Assembly (NCBI GenBank): GCA_964188305.1
Contig: OZ076888.1
Origin: Podarcis bocagei
Lineage: Eukaryota
Direction: 5' to 3' (one strand)
DNA: 64,000 nt
In this document: one piece after another, positions 13,513 to 26,597 of the stretch
How positions within the stretch are numbered: position 1 is the stretch's first letter
Layout: every line of letters starts with the position of its first letter
Notes under the pieces: generated by a model
The model's database searches: none
Told to the model about the DNA's origin: nothing
Seen by the model: the letters and a program-made list of their open reading frames with translations, nothing else
Program-made: the position numbers and the translations under genes

Positions 13513-13642
13513 GAACAAGAGTTTGTACAGAAGCAGCAGCAAGAACTGGATGCATCGCTAAAGAAAATCATTCAGCAGCAAAAAACTGAGCTAGCTACCA
13601 TTGAGCGGGACTGTCTGAACAATAAGCAACAACTCATGAGAG
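13513..13642 (+). CDS. SLK: SLK exon (130 nt)
   Basis: gatag|GAACAA...AGAG|gtatt; EQEFVQKQQQELDASLKKIIQQQKTELATIERDCLNNKQQLMR. Confidence 0.95.
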
Positions 13643-14091
13643 GTATTTCTCCCTTTCCCCCTAGTGTTGGATTACTGTTCATCAACTTAAAGAAGCATTA
13701 AGGGCTCTGGGCGCCTAGTACAGCTCACATGCAAGCCCCATGAAACTTGTGGAATGAGTCATGTCCTAAATTTATGTCCTTCTAGTGAAGGCATGAAAAT
13801 GCACTGAAGACGTTAGCTGTACATAAGAGTTTTTATTAGGCAAGCAGAAAATGGTGTACAGAATCCATTTTAAAATGGCTTGTCTGTTTCTGAAACAAGC
13901 CTACTTGTGTCTACAATTTTGGTGAATTGTTCTTGGATAACTGGGTGGGGAATAATTTCTTCAATGCATTTCTCCATTAAATATTTCATTGGGGTTATTC
14001 TGTTATTGATTGCTTCGTGAAATACATTGTATAAGGAATGTTTTGGGGGTGACTCCTCTGTAATTTTGACAGAATTTTTATTCCCTTCTAG

Positions 14092-14216
14092 CCCGTGAAG
14101 CTGCAATATGGGAACTAGAAGAACGACACTTGCAGGAAAAACACCAACTGCTAAAACAGCAACTGAAAGATCAGTACTTCATGCAAAGACATCAGCTGCT
14201 TAAACGGCATGAAAAA
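14092..14216 (+). CDS. SLK: SLK exon (125 nt)
   Basis: tctag|CCCGT...GAAAAA|gttag; [41 protein letters not shown]. Confidence 0.95.
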
Positions 14217-15696
14217 GTTAGTGCGATCCTAGTTCGTCCTCTTTGCTGGCTCCAAATCCTGGTTCAAATACATCCCTTCCCACTACCTATATTTATTTAT
14301 TTCTTGCCTTTTTTCTTTAGTATTTAATACTTTTATATTTTGTGTAAGTTATTTGATGCACTGATATTTAGTCCCAATGTTCATAAGGTCAAAACAGCGC
14401 CTTAAATTCAGGGAGGGAGGGAGGGAGGGAGGGAGGGACACACAAACACTTTAGACCACCAATTCCCAACCTGTTGGTCACGACTCACAAGTGGGTCCCA
14501 GTACCTGAGCAGGTGAGGTGTGGCCCATATAAATAAAACCAAAATAAGTATTGCTTTTGCTCTGAACTGGTATGATGAATACCTCTTGCAGGTTTTTGTT
14601 TGCATATTATAATGCTGTGTTGGCACTTGTAACCAAATGTCAGAATGCTGCCCCCACCCTAGCATGGAGGCAGGTTTGCCCCCTGCATTTCCTGAGAAGG
14701 CATGGGTGGTTTCTTCTGTGGAGGGGGTTAGGAAAGGGACATGTGCCTTTCTACCCCTGTAGTGCAAGGGCAGGTGTCAAGCTTTATAGGCTTGGCACCA
14801 CCCTCAGTCCATCCTTCCTTGCTTAGTCAAGCTAATAAATAATATCATTATCTTATTTATCAATAATGATCTGAGACCATGTCTAACAACCATCAAAACC
14901 TGCATCAACCTACTTGTTGACAAAATACAAGCTCAGCTACCCCATTGATACTCGCCAAAATGGACTTTTTCATGAATAAAACTATTTAAAATATCCATAA
15001 TTTGTTATATTAACACAGCGGTTTTTGAATAAAAGTTACAGCTTTTGAAGCAATATATTGCAGTCAGATAGCTGGTCTTACATTCCTATAAATAAAATAA
15101 TGAATAGCATTATATTTCTTTAAATATTTACACAAATTTCATATCAATAGGGGTGTTAAGGAACGTTTTCCTTGGATGCCTCAAGTAATGGTTATAAAAT
15201 AGACAAAATTGCAATTAAACAGATGGATGTTGAAGGCCTAAGTTGCGAAATCCATGTGACAATAAAAAGATGGGTTACTATACCAAGCAAATTTGGACTT
15301 GTGGGTCATTATACCCAAAGGGTAGAGAATCACTGGTTTAGACAATAAATAAATGAAAACTATGAGTGATGGTAGTAGGTAAAAGGAGAGCTGCAAATTT
15401 TGAAATAATATGATTTAATGATCTTTTCAGTTGGCTGAAATTTGTATGTTGTTATTACTGCTGGCTGACTAACCAGTTAATTTTTTTAAAAAAAGATTTA
15501 TCTTCAGTTTTTCTGATACAGAAAATTTAATTATGATGTGTTTTATTTGCACAGGGTAAAATGTGTATTAAATACTTTAAATGTACTGTTGAAATGGCGA
15601 CGAGACCGCATTGGCCTATTTATTCTGAACGTTTGTAAGTGATGCCAATAAAGGTTTGATGATATATAAAATGTATTTCCCCTCATTTTTTTAAAG

Positions 15697-15885
15697 GAAA
15701 CAGAACAGATGCAAAGATATAACCAGCGGCTTATTGAGGAATTAAAAAACAAGCATACCCAGGAAAGAGCTCGGTTGCCCAAAATCCAGCGTAGTGAAGC
15801 AAAAACTAGGATGGCAATGTTTAAAAAGAGCCTAAGAATAAACTCCTCAAGCACTCCGGAACAGGATCGTGAAAAGATTAAGCAG
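15697..15885 (+). CDS. SLK: SLK exon (189 nt)
   Basis: taaag|GAAACA...AAGCAG|gtaaa; [48 protein letters not shown]... Confidence 0.95.
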
Positions 15886-16315
15886 GTAAAGCAGTGATTT
15901 TAGACAAAGGGGGAAATCTGCATGCACACATTATGCAGTTCTATGAAACTCTCAAGTCAAAAATCTGATGAGTCCAAGTCTCTGGAAGTGATGTCTTCAG
16001 CTATGTGTGTGTGCTTGAAGCTGATTTACTATTAGCCTATTGAATCTAGTGGGCCAGTTAGAATTGGTTTAAGAACCAAGTCATATTGTTGCTCATGTGT
16101 TTTGTGGATCAGCTCCTTCAGGTAAGATCCACATTTATCCAGTATGTACTAAGAATGAACCAAGAAGGTTTTTGCAAGCCCATGTTTTTTCAAATCTGTC
16201 TAATATTAGTTATTTCAATATACTGTTTTTGAATGTTACACTGTCATTTAATTATATGCTCGAGTCTATAAACATTTCAAAAATTCTAATTTAAGTCCTC
16301 CTGTTTCTCTGAAAG

Positions 16316-16441
16316 TTTGCTATTCAGGAAGAAAAAAGGCAAAAAAATGAGAGACTGGCTCAACATCAGAAACATGAAAATCAAATGCGAGACCTCCAGC
16401 TGCAGTGCGAAGCCAACATTAGAGAATTACATCAGCTGCAG
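16316..16441 (+). CDS. SLK: SLK exon (126 nt)
   Basis: gaaag|TTTGCT...CTGCAG|gttaa; [42 protein letters not shown]. Confidence 0.94.
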
Positions 16442-17023
16442 GTTAAACAATGTTAATCCCAAATGTGCCCCTTTATGTAATTTATACATGGGATAGGTCT
16501 GTTTTGAGTGTGATGGCACTTCATGTGCTGCAGTTACATGTGACACTTTGTAGTTGTGGTACCACACACAGTATTTCTGTTCTTTGTTTTTTTTACAAAT
16601 GAATCTGCACCAGTTTTTCTTTCCAAGGCCCTCCTCTAAGTCTCCACACCTTCTGAAGTCAGGTGGGTGATATCCAGAAAGAGGGCCCTTCTCTGTGGTA
16701 GTGACCTGCATGTGGAATGCCCTTCTCTGTGAGATTTATGTGCCAATGAGTTTGGTATCTTTTTGGTGTTTAGGTGAAAACATCTCTTATTAATCCAGAT
16801 CTTCCAGCATGTCTCTTAGCTGGGTTTAGCTGCGGATTTGTAGCAGCGTTACAGTTTTGTTACTGCTATGATCTCTTCCAACTTTTTCAACTGCATGAAG
16901 TATATTTGTGTATTAACATTTCCCTGTGCTACAAGTAGCTGTGGAAATTTTGGCAAACGGAAGACCGGGGAATATTTATACACAAAATGGACTGTGTATA
17001 GGGATCTTGTGTGTAGAGAGAAG

Positions 17024-17171
17024 CAGTGCTTTTTTCTGGGGGGATGCAGGGGTATACATACCCCTAAACATTTTGTGAATCTATGTTTGGCCTCATTGAG
17101 GGGCAGTATTTCAACATGAGTAGGAAAATGAGAGTACCCCTAAATATATATTTTTAGGGAAAAAAGCACTG
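17024..17171. mobile_element. hAT-type MITE (148 bp)
   Basis: TIR CAGTGCTTTTTT / AAAAAAGCACTG; 8-bp TSD GAGAGAAG / GGGAGAAG (7 of 8 match). Confidence 0.75.
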
Positions 17172-17631
17172 GGGAGAAGACAACATGAGGTTTCTGGATG
17201 GGCTGATCTCATAAAAGCTGTTACCTCTTTATTGAAATAGAATAATTTCTGTGTGTGAGAACCAAAAAAAAGTAGATTCTGATAGATTGCATAACTTTTT
17301 GCAACTTAAAAAAAATAATCGTGGGAAAACCCGTCAGTCTGCACTATAAATCTTGTGATTCTAGCTCTGAGATATGTTCATAGTTTTAGCTTCAGATAAA
17401 GTTTTAAAAAACCATAATACATATTCTTCATGCCCTATTTGAGGAATTCAAGTAACAGTTTCTGTTGAAAAGCTAAAATCTTGATAGAGAACATTGCTAT
17501 GTAGGAATTATCTTGGCTACTGTACAGATTAAGCTAATTAAAGAATTAGGTCAGCATATGCTTCTATACAAGTAGCCAAATGTCTAATCTGATTTAGTTT
17601 TACTAAAGGATTATCTGTATCCCATTTTCAG

Positions 17632-17745
17632 AATGAGAAATGCCACCTGCTGGTTGAACACGAGACTCAGAAATTAAAAGAGCTGGATGAGGAACATAGC
17701 CAAGAACTTAAAGAATGGCGAGAGAAACTGAGACCAAGGAAAAAG
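17632..17745 (+). CDS. SLK: SLK exon (114 nt)
   Basis: ttcag|AATGAG...AAAAAG|gtaat; [38 protein letters not shown]. Confidence 0.95.
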
Positions 17746-17907
17746 GTAATGCAGATTGACTTTGAATCTCCAATAGAATATTATATTCTATATTAATACT
17801 ATATGGGGCAGCTGGTTTTGTAGCTTGTCTCTGATAAATCAGATCAAAAACTAACACCAAGCTCATCATGTTTATTTTGTTTAAATGTTGTTGTTGTTTG
17901 TCATTAG

Positions 17908-18054
17908 ACATTAGAAGAGGAATTTGCTCGTAAGCTTCAAGAACAGGAGATTTTCTTTAAAATGTCTGGAGAATCTGAATGCCTTAATCCATCAACGCAA
18001 AGCCGGATTTCTAAATTCTACGCAGTCCCTAGCCTGCACTCCACTGGATCATAA
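17908..18054 (+). CDS. SLK: SLK terminal coding exon
   Basis: attag|ACATTA...; TLEEEFARKLQEQEIFFKMSGESECLNPSTQSRISKFYAVPSLHSTGS* with TAA at 18052-18054. Confidence 0.95.
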   Translation, partial: TLEEEFARKLQEQEIFFKMSGESECLNPSTQSRISKFYAVPSLHSTGS

Positions 18055-18668
18055 ATTTGGAGCCTCTGTGAGGTGGCTTTGGGTGCGTCTTTCAGCTTCT
18101 CCTCTTCAGCTTCTGTCACAATGAAATCTACACTCTGCATCCAAGAACCTCAGTGGAACTCCATCCACCTTCAGTGGAGACAATCAGTGATATCAGATAT
18201 AGAAGCACAAATGTTGGTCTTGAAATCCAATATGATATATTTCATGTATTTCAAGGATAGCCATTTGAAAACTGGACTGAAAAAAATGTATCCAACTGTG
18301 TTGGCACTGGAAAGCAAGCCTAAACTATTAAAGATAATCTGCAATGCCCCAGGAATAATTGGAGAGGATTCTTAGGCAGATATACTACTACTCATTTAAC
18401 CAAATATTTGTTGTGTTATGCCCATTACCTCGTGAGGAAATGGGTCACTAGCCTCATTCAGTGCCTGAAACCTGTAAACATGCTAGGGTTGTTTTTTTTT
18501 TTTGTAAGAGGATCATGTTTCTTTATCACTAAAGAAGCCCTCGTTACTGATATTACTGTAACAGAAATGCTTGCCGCTGCCACAATTTTTGTCAAATCCT
18601 TGCACTAAAATATGTAAAAGTTTAAAAAAGAGTACTTTAAAATATACACCTTATTCCTCTACAGACTG

Positions 18669-18674
18669 AAATAA
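18669..18674 (+). terminator. Candidate proximal poly(A) signal of SLK
   Basis: AATAAA ~615 nt after the stop codon; the real UTR end cannot be determined from sequence alone. Confidence 0.35.
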
Positions 18675-20880
18675 AACAATATCATTTATTTCTCAAGAAA
18701 AAGTGTGCAAAAATTGCACCCCCATTCTCACCCCCACAACTAGGGAAATGTGAACTGAATGGATTCTCTCCTTGCTCAAAGTAGCAGTTTTGAAACTCCA
18801 GAGCAGAAAATGGCTGTGACTGTCCCCGTTCGTACAAATCAATGCTGATGTCTGGATTGCAAGGCATGTTTTCTTTCAAAATGTATGTTGATCTATAGAA
18901 GGATTGAAGTTACATGTATAGACAAACGTTTAATCTGCTTCATTGTTTTACCATGAAGTAACTAAAGTTAAATGGTTTTATTTCTAAAATTCATAGTTGT
19001 ATTATAACTTATTTGCTGTGGGGGTGGGATAGAAATATTTATCATGTTGTTGGCAGGAGATGTGCCTGCATTAAACAGCAGCTGCTGTCTTTTCAGGCTT
19101 CAGATCTGAGTCATATCAAAAACAGTATTGTAGACTGTCCTTTTGATATGCCAAAGTTAGATTTGTAATATAAATGTTGGTTGCTTCCTGTTTTTTCGCA
19201 GCCTAATCTTTTAGTAGGTAGCTTTGAATAATCAATTGTAAGTTTTCGCATTTGCAGTCTTTTCATTAAATGTGAATACTGTCCAATTTCTTACAAATTT
19301 TATATTATGTCAGCAGCATTCCTGCATGTGAAGGAAGCAGATTATAAAAATATATAGTACTCTAATCAAGTGTGCTCAATACTTTGGCTACTGAATCCGG
19401 ATACTGAGGTTGATCTTATCAGATCAGATTGTTTAATTGTGACAGTATAGTAAACATACTTTGAAGATGCATGTTTCAGTTAAATTTTGTTTTCCTTTAA
19501 TCATAATCTACCTAACAAATATTTCATAGCTAGCCTTAATACTTCACATTTTATTTTATAAATATGTATTGTGTACCAGGTTGTACATTCGCATATACAT
19601 CAACTAGAATGTGGCATTTTGCTCTTTGCAAAGTTCTGAAATCGGTTTATTCTGAATTGTTTTGGTGGGAAAGTTTTCAAAAGCCTTTACTTTTTTTAAA
19701 AGTCACCTTTACGAAATAACTAGTATTGATTATAACATTAAATACTGTTTCTATCTGTTTAAAAAACTCTTTAAAAATCTCAAGTTTGTGGATTCCTTTG
19801 GGGAGTTGTGTGTGTTGTGTGCTAGTCTGAAAGGATTCTGTGGTGTTGCTGTTTCTTGGTGCACCAGAACCAAAATGAGCACCAGAACTTAGCCCTACTC
19901 GGTTTCTTCCTATATTGATGATTGCCTGGTGGCGTTCTTCCATCATTATTGCCCTGTGTTGCATATAAAGTGTTCATTTCTTTGCATGTTTCACATGCTA
20001 CAAAATCAGACCTTTATTATCCCAACATGGTTCCCGCTGTCATGACACAGGATGTTAGGGTCAGGTGCCAAACCATGTGCATGTGTTTTTCCTCTTGTAC
20101 TTGCATACTCTGATTCTCTTTTTATTTTCCAATTCATGGTAACCCTAGGTTTCCATGACATCAAAATCAGTGGTGCTATGGTTACTATATACCGGAAATT
20201 GATCTAGAAGCAACTTGATTTGTATATACAGTACATTTGTTGCATTTTATCTAATTTGGTTATCCCTGGAAACCAGGGATAACCAGGTCCTGCAGGAGGA
20301 AATTAGAACATAAAAGGGACCCTACAAACAAAGGGCACGTTCTTGAGAGTCAAACCATGCTGTGTGTATGTGATGTCTGAACCTAGCCACAAATAAACAG
20401 GGTAAAGGCTGGCAGTCAGATAATGCATTAATTAGAGGGGCCCCATGAGAGGGGTCTGCCCTTTGTGCCACCAAGTTCCCCACCATTATAAATGCAGGTT
20501 TAATTGTACAAAAATGTTGCATTTTTGTTTTGTGTTTGGCTCCTCCTCCTGGCTGAAACTTTGAGCACCTGCACCTGATTGGTTTCCCTATAGAGGTACA
20601 CAGTGGAGTTTATTGAAAATGATATCAATATATGGCTTTGATTTGATGGCGTGAGAAATGGTTTCCTTCACAGATAATGTGATGAAGGAAAATACACTGC
20701 CATTAATATTGAAGCTCAGTTTTGTTGCTCTACTACAAGGGCACCAAAAAGCCCTCATAATTCTGAGCTAAGCTGATTATGTCAAAGAAGAAAACTTTTT
20801 ACTGAATCACTGTCTTTATTTTAGCTTGTCAGTTGCTAGAATCATACCACCTAAGGTCAGTTTGCAATTCCTGTCACCTA

Positions 20881-22033
20881 TGGATGGAAGAGGTCTCCAA
20901 GCAGATTATGTTGCTGCAACTTGAAGACAGGAAATGCCCAAAACTTCTACAGAAGATTTTTCAGCTCTCTTTCTGTTGAGGCTCAGTCCATTTCCTGTCT
21001 CAACTCGGAGAAACATTCTGTTTGGAATCTTTAAGGCTTTTCCCTTATAGCCAGCCTGTTGTTTTTTCTCCTTCTTATATTGAGTCTTTTGTTCTTATTT
21101 GTTTTCTACAGCTGCTCTTCCTCTCTTTTTCTCTTACTGTGTAAAAAAGGAAAAAAAATTCCTTCACCTTTCCTCACTTGTTTCCTGCCTTTTTTTTCTT
21201 TCTCTCCCTTTCTAAACTCCATCCTGAGCTGTGAGGCTAGGATTTTCCACTTTCTCATTATGGGGAAGACAGACAAATCCCTACAGTTCAGGGCTACTTC
21301 TTTGAAGGGGGGGGGGAGCCAAGTTTTGGGGTTGGGGCCACACTCAGCAGTAGCTGCAGCAAGCATCCAGGGGGCCGCTCTTTCTGAAGATCCCAGGGAG
21401 GGCCCTTGCAAGTGCAGCCTCTTCCTTTGAGTCCTGTGCAAGGGACACCCAGTGTTAATTTTCTAGAAAAAGAGGTGCTGGACTCACCATGAACACCTCC
21501 CCTTGTTCTCTTATAATGGCAATGGTGCCCACCTGAGAGGGGCGGAAACTGAGTTCTGGCAAGTTGCTGCTGGAGGAAAAACGGGGGGGGGGGTATCATC
21601 CTCTGCTGCTTCATTGAGTCCTAAACCAACCAGCTCTGAGACTACAACGCTTGGAGGCAGCAAGGAACGAAGCAACAGGCAAGCATAATGGCAGCCGTTC
21701 CTGAGGAGATACAATCCATACCTGGTGAACGACAGGCACTTGCCTCACTGAGCCTTCAGGCTCAGCATGGGAAAGTAATACATACTCAGTTGTGTTAGTC
21801 CTTGTGGATTTTGTTGGTTTCCAGAATGGTTTTTCTCCCACTTTTTCTGGTTGTTTCCTATTTTGTACACATTTTATCACATTTTGTGCTGTTGAGTTTT
21901 GTTTTCGCCTAAGCTGTTCCAAGAAATAGGACTGAGCCTCAACAGGAAGAGAGCAGAAAACTTATATAGGCATTTTCTGCCTCCAAGCTGCAGGGCAGGC
22001 AACGCAATCCGCTTGGAGCTCTCTTTACATCCT
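20881..22033. mobile_element. Decayed element bounded by ~135-bp inverted repeats (possibly DIRS-like)
   Basis: 20881-21014 aligns to the reverse complement of 21900-22033 (e.g. CTCTCTTTCTGTTGAGGCTCAGTCC vs GGACTGAGCCTCAACAGGAAGAGAG). Confidence 0.55.
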
Positions 22034-22895
22034 CAGTGAAATACCATTTATGGTAAGAACAACTTTTCCTTTATCCTACTTTCATTTAAATCAGTGGAAC
22101 ATAGGAATACTGTTAGATCTTAAGATTCTAAATAATCTCTTTGGAAGTTGATGCTACTGATTTCTTCTGGAGCACAAATTTTTTATTCTTGCTAAGGTGT
22201 TACTATTTGTTTTCTTTAGAAAAGCTTCTTACCAAAGCACAAGTTCTGGCCCCTTGAAAGTGCTATTTTAAGTGTTGGGAAGTGGTTTCTTTTATCTCTA
22301 GGCAGAGATACAATAAAATTTCAGAAGGAAGAATTTAAATTCAGTTAGTCCTGAACTTGAAGTATTTGCCTGTGAGCCGCCTACTCTTGGTAGCAAACTT
22401 TTTTTTTAATTGGTGAATTAGAATTATATCTGCCCCTGCCCCCACAAGCTTTGAAAGTTCATTTTCATTTGAAAGCATAGGAAGTGAAGCCCATATATTT
22501 CAAACAAAATAAACTGCAAGGAAGATATGTAGAATAAGTACTGTGGTCCATTACCCATTTTGTAGGAATCTATACTTTTCTTCCACTAGCCCTGTTCATT
22601 CTGTGTCTTGAAAGAAAAGGGCTGTTAATGCCAAAAACCACACTGGCCACTGTATTTTGTACCAGCTGCAGCAAGGGTGTAGGTAGGACACAAGCACAGG
22701 CAATTCTGACCACAGCTGCCACCACTTGGATGGCAGCTGAAGGACTAAGGTATGTTTTGCCTGATAATGAGAATGAGAGGAGAGATATTAGCCATCTTCA
22801 AATACTTAAACGCTTTTTTGCCACAGAAAACCAAAATTCAGATAAATGACTGAAATTATTTTGATGCTCTTAAGGATGCAATCCTGTGCATGTTT

Positions 22896-22994
22896 AAAGG
22901 TAAAGGGACCACTGACAATTAAGTCCAGTCGCGAACGACTCTGGGGTTGCGGCGCCCATCTTGCTTTACAGGCTGAGGGAGCCGGCATTTGTCC
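22896..22994 (-). mobile_element. Sauria SINE 3' fragment
   Basis: AAAGGTAAAGGGACC...AGTCCAGTCGCGAACGACTCTGGGGTTGCGGCGC, the reverse complement of the 3' part of the 1793-2153 copy. Confidence 0.75.
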
Positions 22995-23228
22995 AAGTCC
23001 AAGCAGCACAGTGGTTTAAACTGCAGCACTACCCATGTCCCTTAGCTGGAGTTCTCAGCAGATATGTATAGGATTGCACTTGAAAGATAATGTTAAGAAG
23101 AAACATGGGCACCTTGTGTCAAAACAAAATGGGGGTTTGAAAGAGGGAAACACATTGTTTCCATTCATCTACCAAATGACTCACCCTTGCCTACCTGTAT
23201 AATATGCAAGCGTATCAGGAAACATAGC

Positions 23229-23981
23229 TGTCAGAGCTGCTCGAAGATCCTAGCTCACAGAGGATCACGCTAGCCAGCGATCATTAAGTAAAAGTCTTTA
23301 TTGAGTTACAGTTTCCATTTTCAAGCTGCTGCGTGCAACTCTACGTCTAGTAGCTAGATCGGCGAAGCTCCGTCTGATTCTCCGCCCCTTGTGCACCAAC
23401 TTAATATCCTAGCCCTGCTCCACCTTTTCCGCCTGACTGTTCTCCTCTGGGTCCCTCTGCCCCCCGGGGTTTCTTCCTTCCGGGATTCTTCTGACGCTGA
23501 CCCGGACCCTCCTGCCTCCTTGCGCCGGGCTTTAGGACCTGGCTCCCTTTCCGGGCTGCTTACTGCGCCGCCTTCCTCTGCATTTGAACTTGGCGCGCGC
23601 GCCCAACCTTCCACTTTCCGCTTAACCGTTTCTTCGCTCCCCGATGGAGGTGTGGCCACTCCTGACTCATGCCCTCCCTCCTGTGGTGAGCTGCCAGCGC
23701 TTGCCCCCTGGCTCCCTTCCTCCTCCCTGCTCCCTAGCGGTGACGCTGGTCCCGATTTCCAACTGCTCTCCTCTGAGTCCCCTCTGGCTCTATCTCCCTG
23801 GGGTGCCCCCCTAAACTCCCCCCTTGCCCTGGCCACTGGTGCTCCTTTCTGTGAATCCTCTGATTCACTGGAAAGACTCGGAGATCTCGGGTCGTCGTCA
23901 TCACTCATCTTTTCTTCTGCCTCCTCCCCTTCGCTCTCTGTTTCCTCCCTTGCCCTTGCCTCTGCTCCTAAACCCCTGACA
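23229..23981 (-). mobile_element. Solo LTR (753 bp), probably Ty3/gypsy type
   Basis: Termini TGTCAG...CTGACA; perfect 5-bp TSD ATAGC (23224-23228 and 23982-23986); minus-strand AATAAA at 23297-23302. Confidence 0.82.
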
Positions 23982-24939
23982 ATAGCGTAATCCACACAGC
24001 TCATGGGACAGGGGAAGAAAGAAACTTAACACATTGTAAGTAACTTTATTTTTAAAAAAGTAAATGTCTCAGTAACAGATACAGCTGGTTTAAATGCACA
24101 ACCAATTGCTTGATATGTTGAAAATACTATTTAATAGGATGTTTACTCCAAAGTTGCAAAACCAGACAAACAGTATGCCAGTTACAGGAGATTCATCTTA
24201 CCCTGTTTGGAATCCCTTGAGCACAAGTCATCATGTCAAGGGTCACAGATCCAGACATAATTTGTGCACTTAAGGGCTTGTATGCAATTCTGAGTCCCTT
24301 AGCAAACAGCTCCCAAGCTCAGTACCATGTCACAAACTAATTTTGATTAGCTACCTAGGTATGTTGGAATTGAGGGAGAAAAAAGTTCAAAGCCCCACTG
24401 GACACATTTAGTGCCAGTCTTAGGTCACACCAGAAAGCCATGCAACTATCTACCTCTTTGTATTGTAGAAAACTGGTTTTTATTTCACAAGATGGCGAAC
24501 TGCAGCTATCAATTTCTATTTATATGTTTGATAAGGTTGGAGGCAATAGGTAACCTGTCCAGGAAATGTGTATTTCCAACACTGGTGTTAATTTTTCTAA
24601 TTTGATCTTCCTTGATCTCTTTGCTAAATTCTGAATCTTTTGCTATCAGTTATGGAACACTAAATTTGTATCTTGAAGCAAATGGAGGAGTTAAGCAAAT
24701 GGAGGACCTATACCCAGCAATGTTTTTAACAAATTACAATTCCGTAACATCTTGAGATGTGTCGCAACATCAGGATTTACATTGATAAATTTCCTGTGGC
24801 CCAAAAACATGTCCTTCCAGACTTAGCTATCACTTTATTGCTGCCATGGTTGCATGTATAATAACAGGATAGAGGATTCACACTGTACAACATTAGTTTC
24901 TTGATATGTTGATATGATTTAGGACACATGAAAATAAAC

Positions 24940-24945
24940 TTTATT
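24940..24945 (-). terminator. Candidate COL17A1 poly(A) signal
   Basis: TTTATT (AATAAA on -) ~975 nt downstream of the COL17A1 stop. Confidence 0.5.
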
Positions 24946-25919
24946 GACTTTGCACAGACTCAGGCATGTTGCCTAAATTCCCCTTGCTGCACATCATTCT
25001 ATGCTAATGGGGATTGCCGCACCTTAAAAACAACAGATGGCTTAGGAGATGCTCACTGCAAGCAGGCAGTAGAGGAAGAAATGGTCATAGATAAAACTGC
25101 TCACTTTTGAAGGTGGGCAGGCTGCTGTACTTGTATGCATAAGCTTCCCTGACTTTGTCTGTCATAATACTTCAGTGTCTGGTTTCTGCTAAAGTGAGGC
25201 TAGAGTGTAAACAAGCTCTAATCGGGAAGCTTTATATTAAAAAGGCACTTTTATAGTAATTAAAACCACAGCAGACATTTTAAAAATTGTTTCCAACAAA
25301 GTGCTTATATACTAACAGCCCCAAGGTCCTTCACATTTTTGCAATGCATTTTATAACAGATTAAGTGGATTTAACAATAATAAAATGTAGCCTATGGTTA
25401 TGCATCCTGCTAGCATATAGTTGAGTATTATCGCAACTGGCATAGCCTTTACTCTTAAATCCATATTCTTGATAATTTTGGATATGCTTTCTCCTACTTC
25501 AAAGAAAGATACATAACCTCTGACTCCAATCCTTTCAACTTTGGTTGAGTTTCTGTTGAAGATTTCTCATGCTAATCTTCATCCAGAGAAACTGAAGTGT
25601 GAGTTTCCTGGGGAGTAAGTTACAACTTTTGAGGCTATGCTGTTATAAAATCCTTGGGTTTAGATGAGGGCTATACAGTACTCTGTTCCAGCCAATTCAT
25701 ATGGGACAACAAGCAAATGAGCCGTTAGTTCAATATGTACTACTGGAAGCCACCCATATCTTAGAAATAAGATAAAATGTTATGAAAGCCATTCCCAAAG
25801 TACCAAGTGTTAGTCGTCACTTGCTGGAAGTCACTGGAAACGGGGTTTTTGTCTCCACTGAGATAAAAAAGCAACCATAAGCAGTTGAGAAATCTTCTGC
25901 TCAAATTTGTGTTCTTAGA

Positions 25920-25969
25920 TTAGACCCCAATGCTTCTCCTTTTCCTTCGGCCAACATACACTGCTTCAC
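25920..25969 (-). CDS. COL17A1: COL17A1 terminal coding exon
   Basis: cttag|GT GAA GCA...; (G)EAVYVGRRKRRSIGV*. Confidence 0.93.
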
Positions 25970-26597
25970 CTAAGAGAGATGGAATAAGATGAAGAAAGTG
26001 TTACTTTACAGGTACAAGTACACATTTTCCCAACTTTCATGCTACTGTTAGGAACTAAGGAGCAGCGCACTTAGGCCTCTGCCATTTGCCAGGGAACAAG
26101 AACCACTGCACTTCCAACTGTCCCTCAGGATGGGGAGGCCAAGGAAGGAGCTGCCTGAAAGACCATTTGGCTCCAACTGCCCTGGGACTGCAGAAGCAAG
26201 CAAGGATACTCTGACTGCAGCCACAGGAACAGAAGCTATCAGCTGCTATTCAAGCAAAGGAAGTTCAATCTGGCCACATCCTCAGCCTCTTCCCTCCAGT
26301 CCCCTTCCATTGTGTGTTGTGTATTTTTCATTTGTAAACTTAATTGCAGGTTCTTCTTTTCATTTACATAATCCACTTTGGGAGACACCAGTTGTCTGAG
26401 AAGCAGGATAAAATAAATAAAGTTTGCTTGAGTCATTGCCTATGTATGGGTCTCTGAAAAAAGTGGGGGAAGGTTGACTCTCACAATACAGGTGGCTACA
26501 AATGCTAAGTCTTCATGCTTGGACCCGCGCTATGCTTCCCCATCATGGTACTGGTCAAAGCCAAAATACACTCCTTTCTAATTTGAAAAACAAATAC

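Larger units (their letters stand above)
1..18054 (+). other. SLK: SLK gene, 3' part (large acidic exon through stop codon); 5' exons lie upstream of the window
   Basis: GT-AG exons splice in frame to the SLK/LOK C-terminal coiled-coil (e.g. [42 protein letters not shown]-terminus SLHSTGS*); adjacent and convergent to COL17A1 as in other vertebrates. Confidence 0.97.

Noticed and set aside
23391-23990. 199-aa plus-strand ORF
   Set aside because: Starts at GTG, low complexity, and is the antisense mirror of a GC-rich LTR
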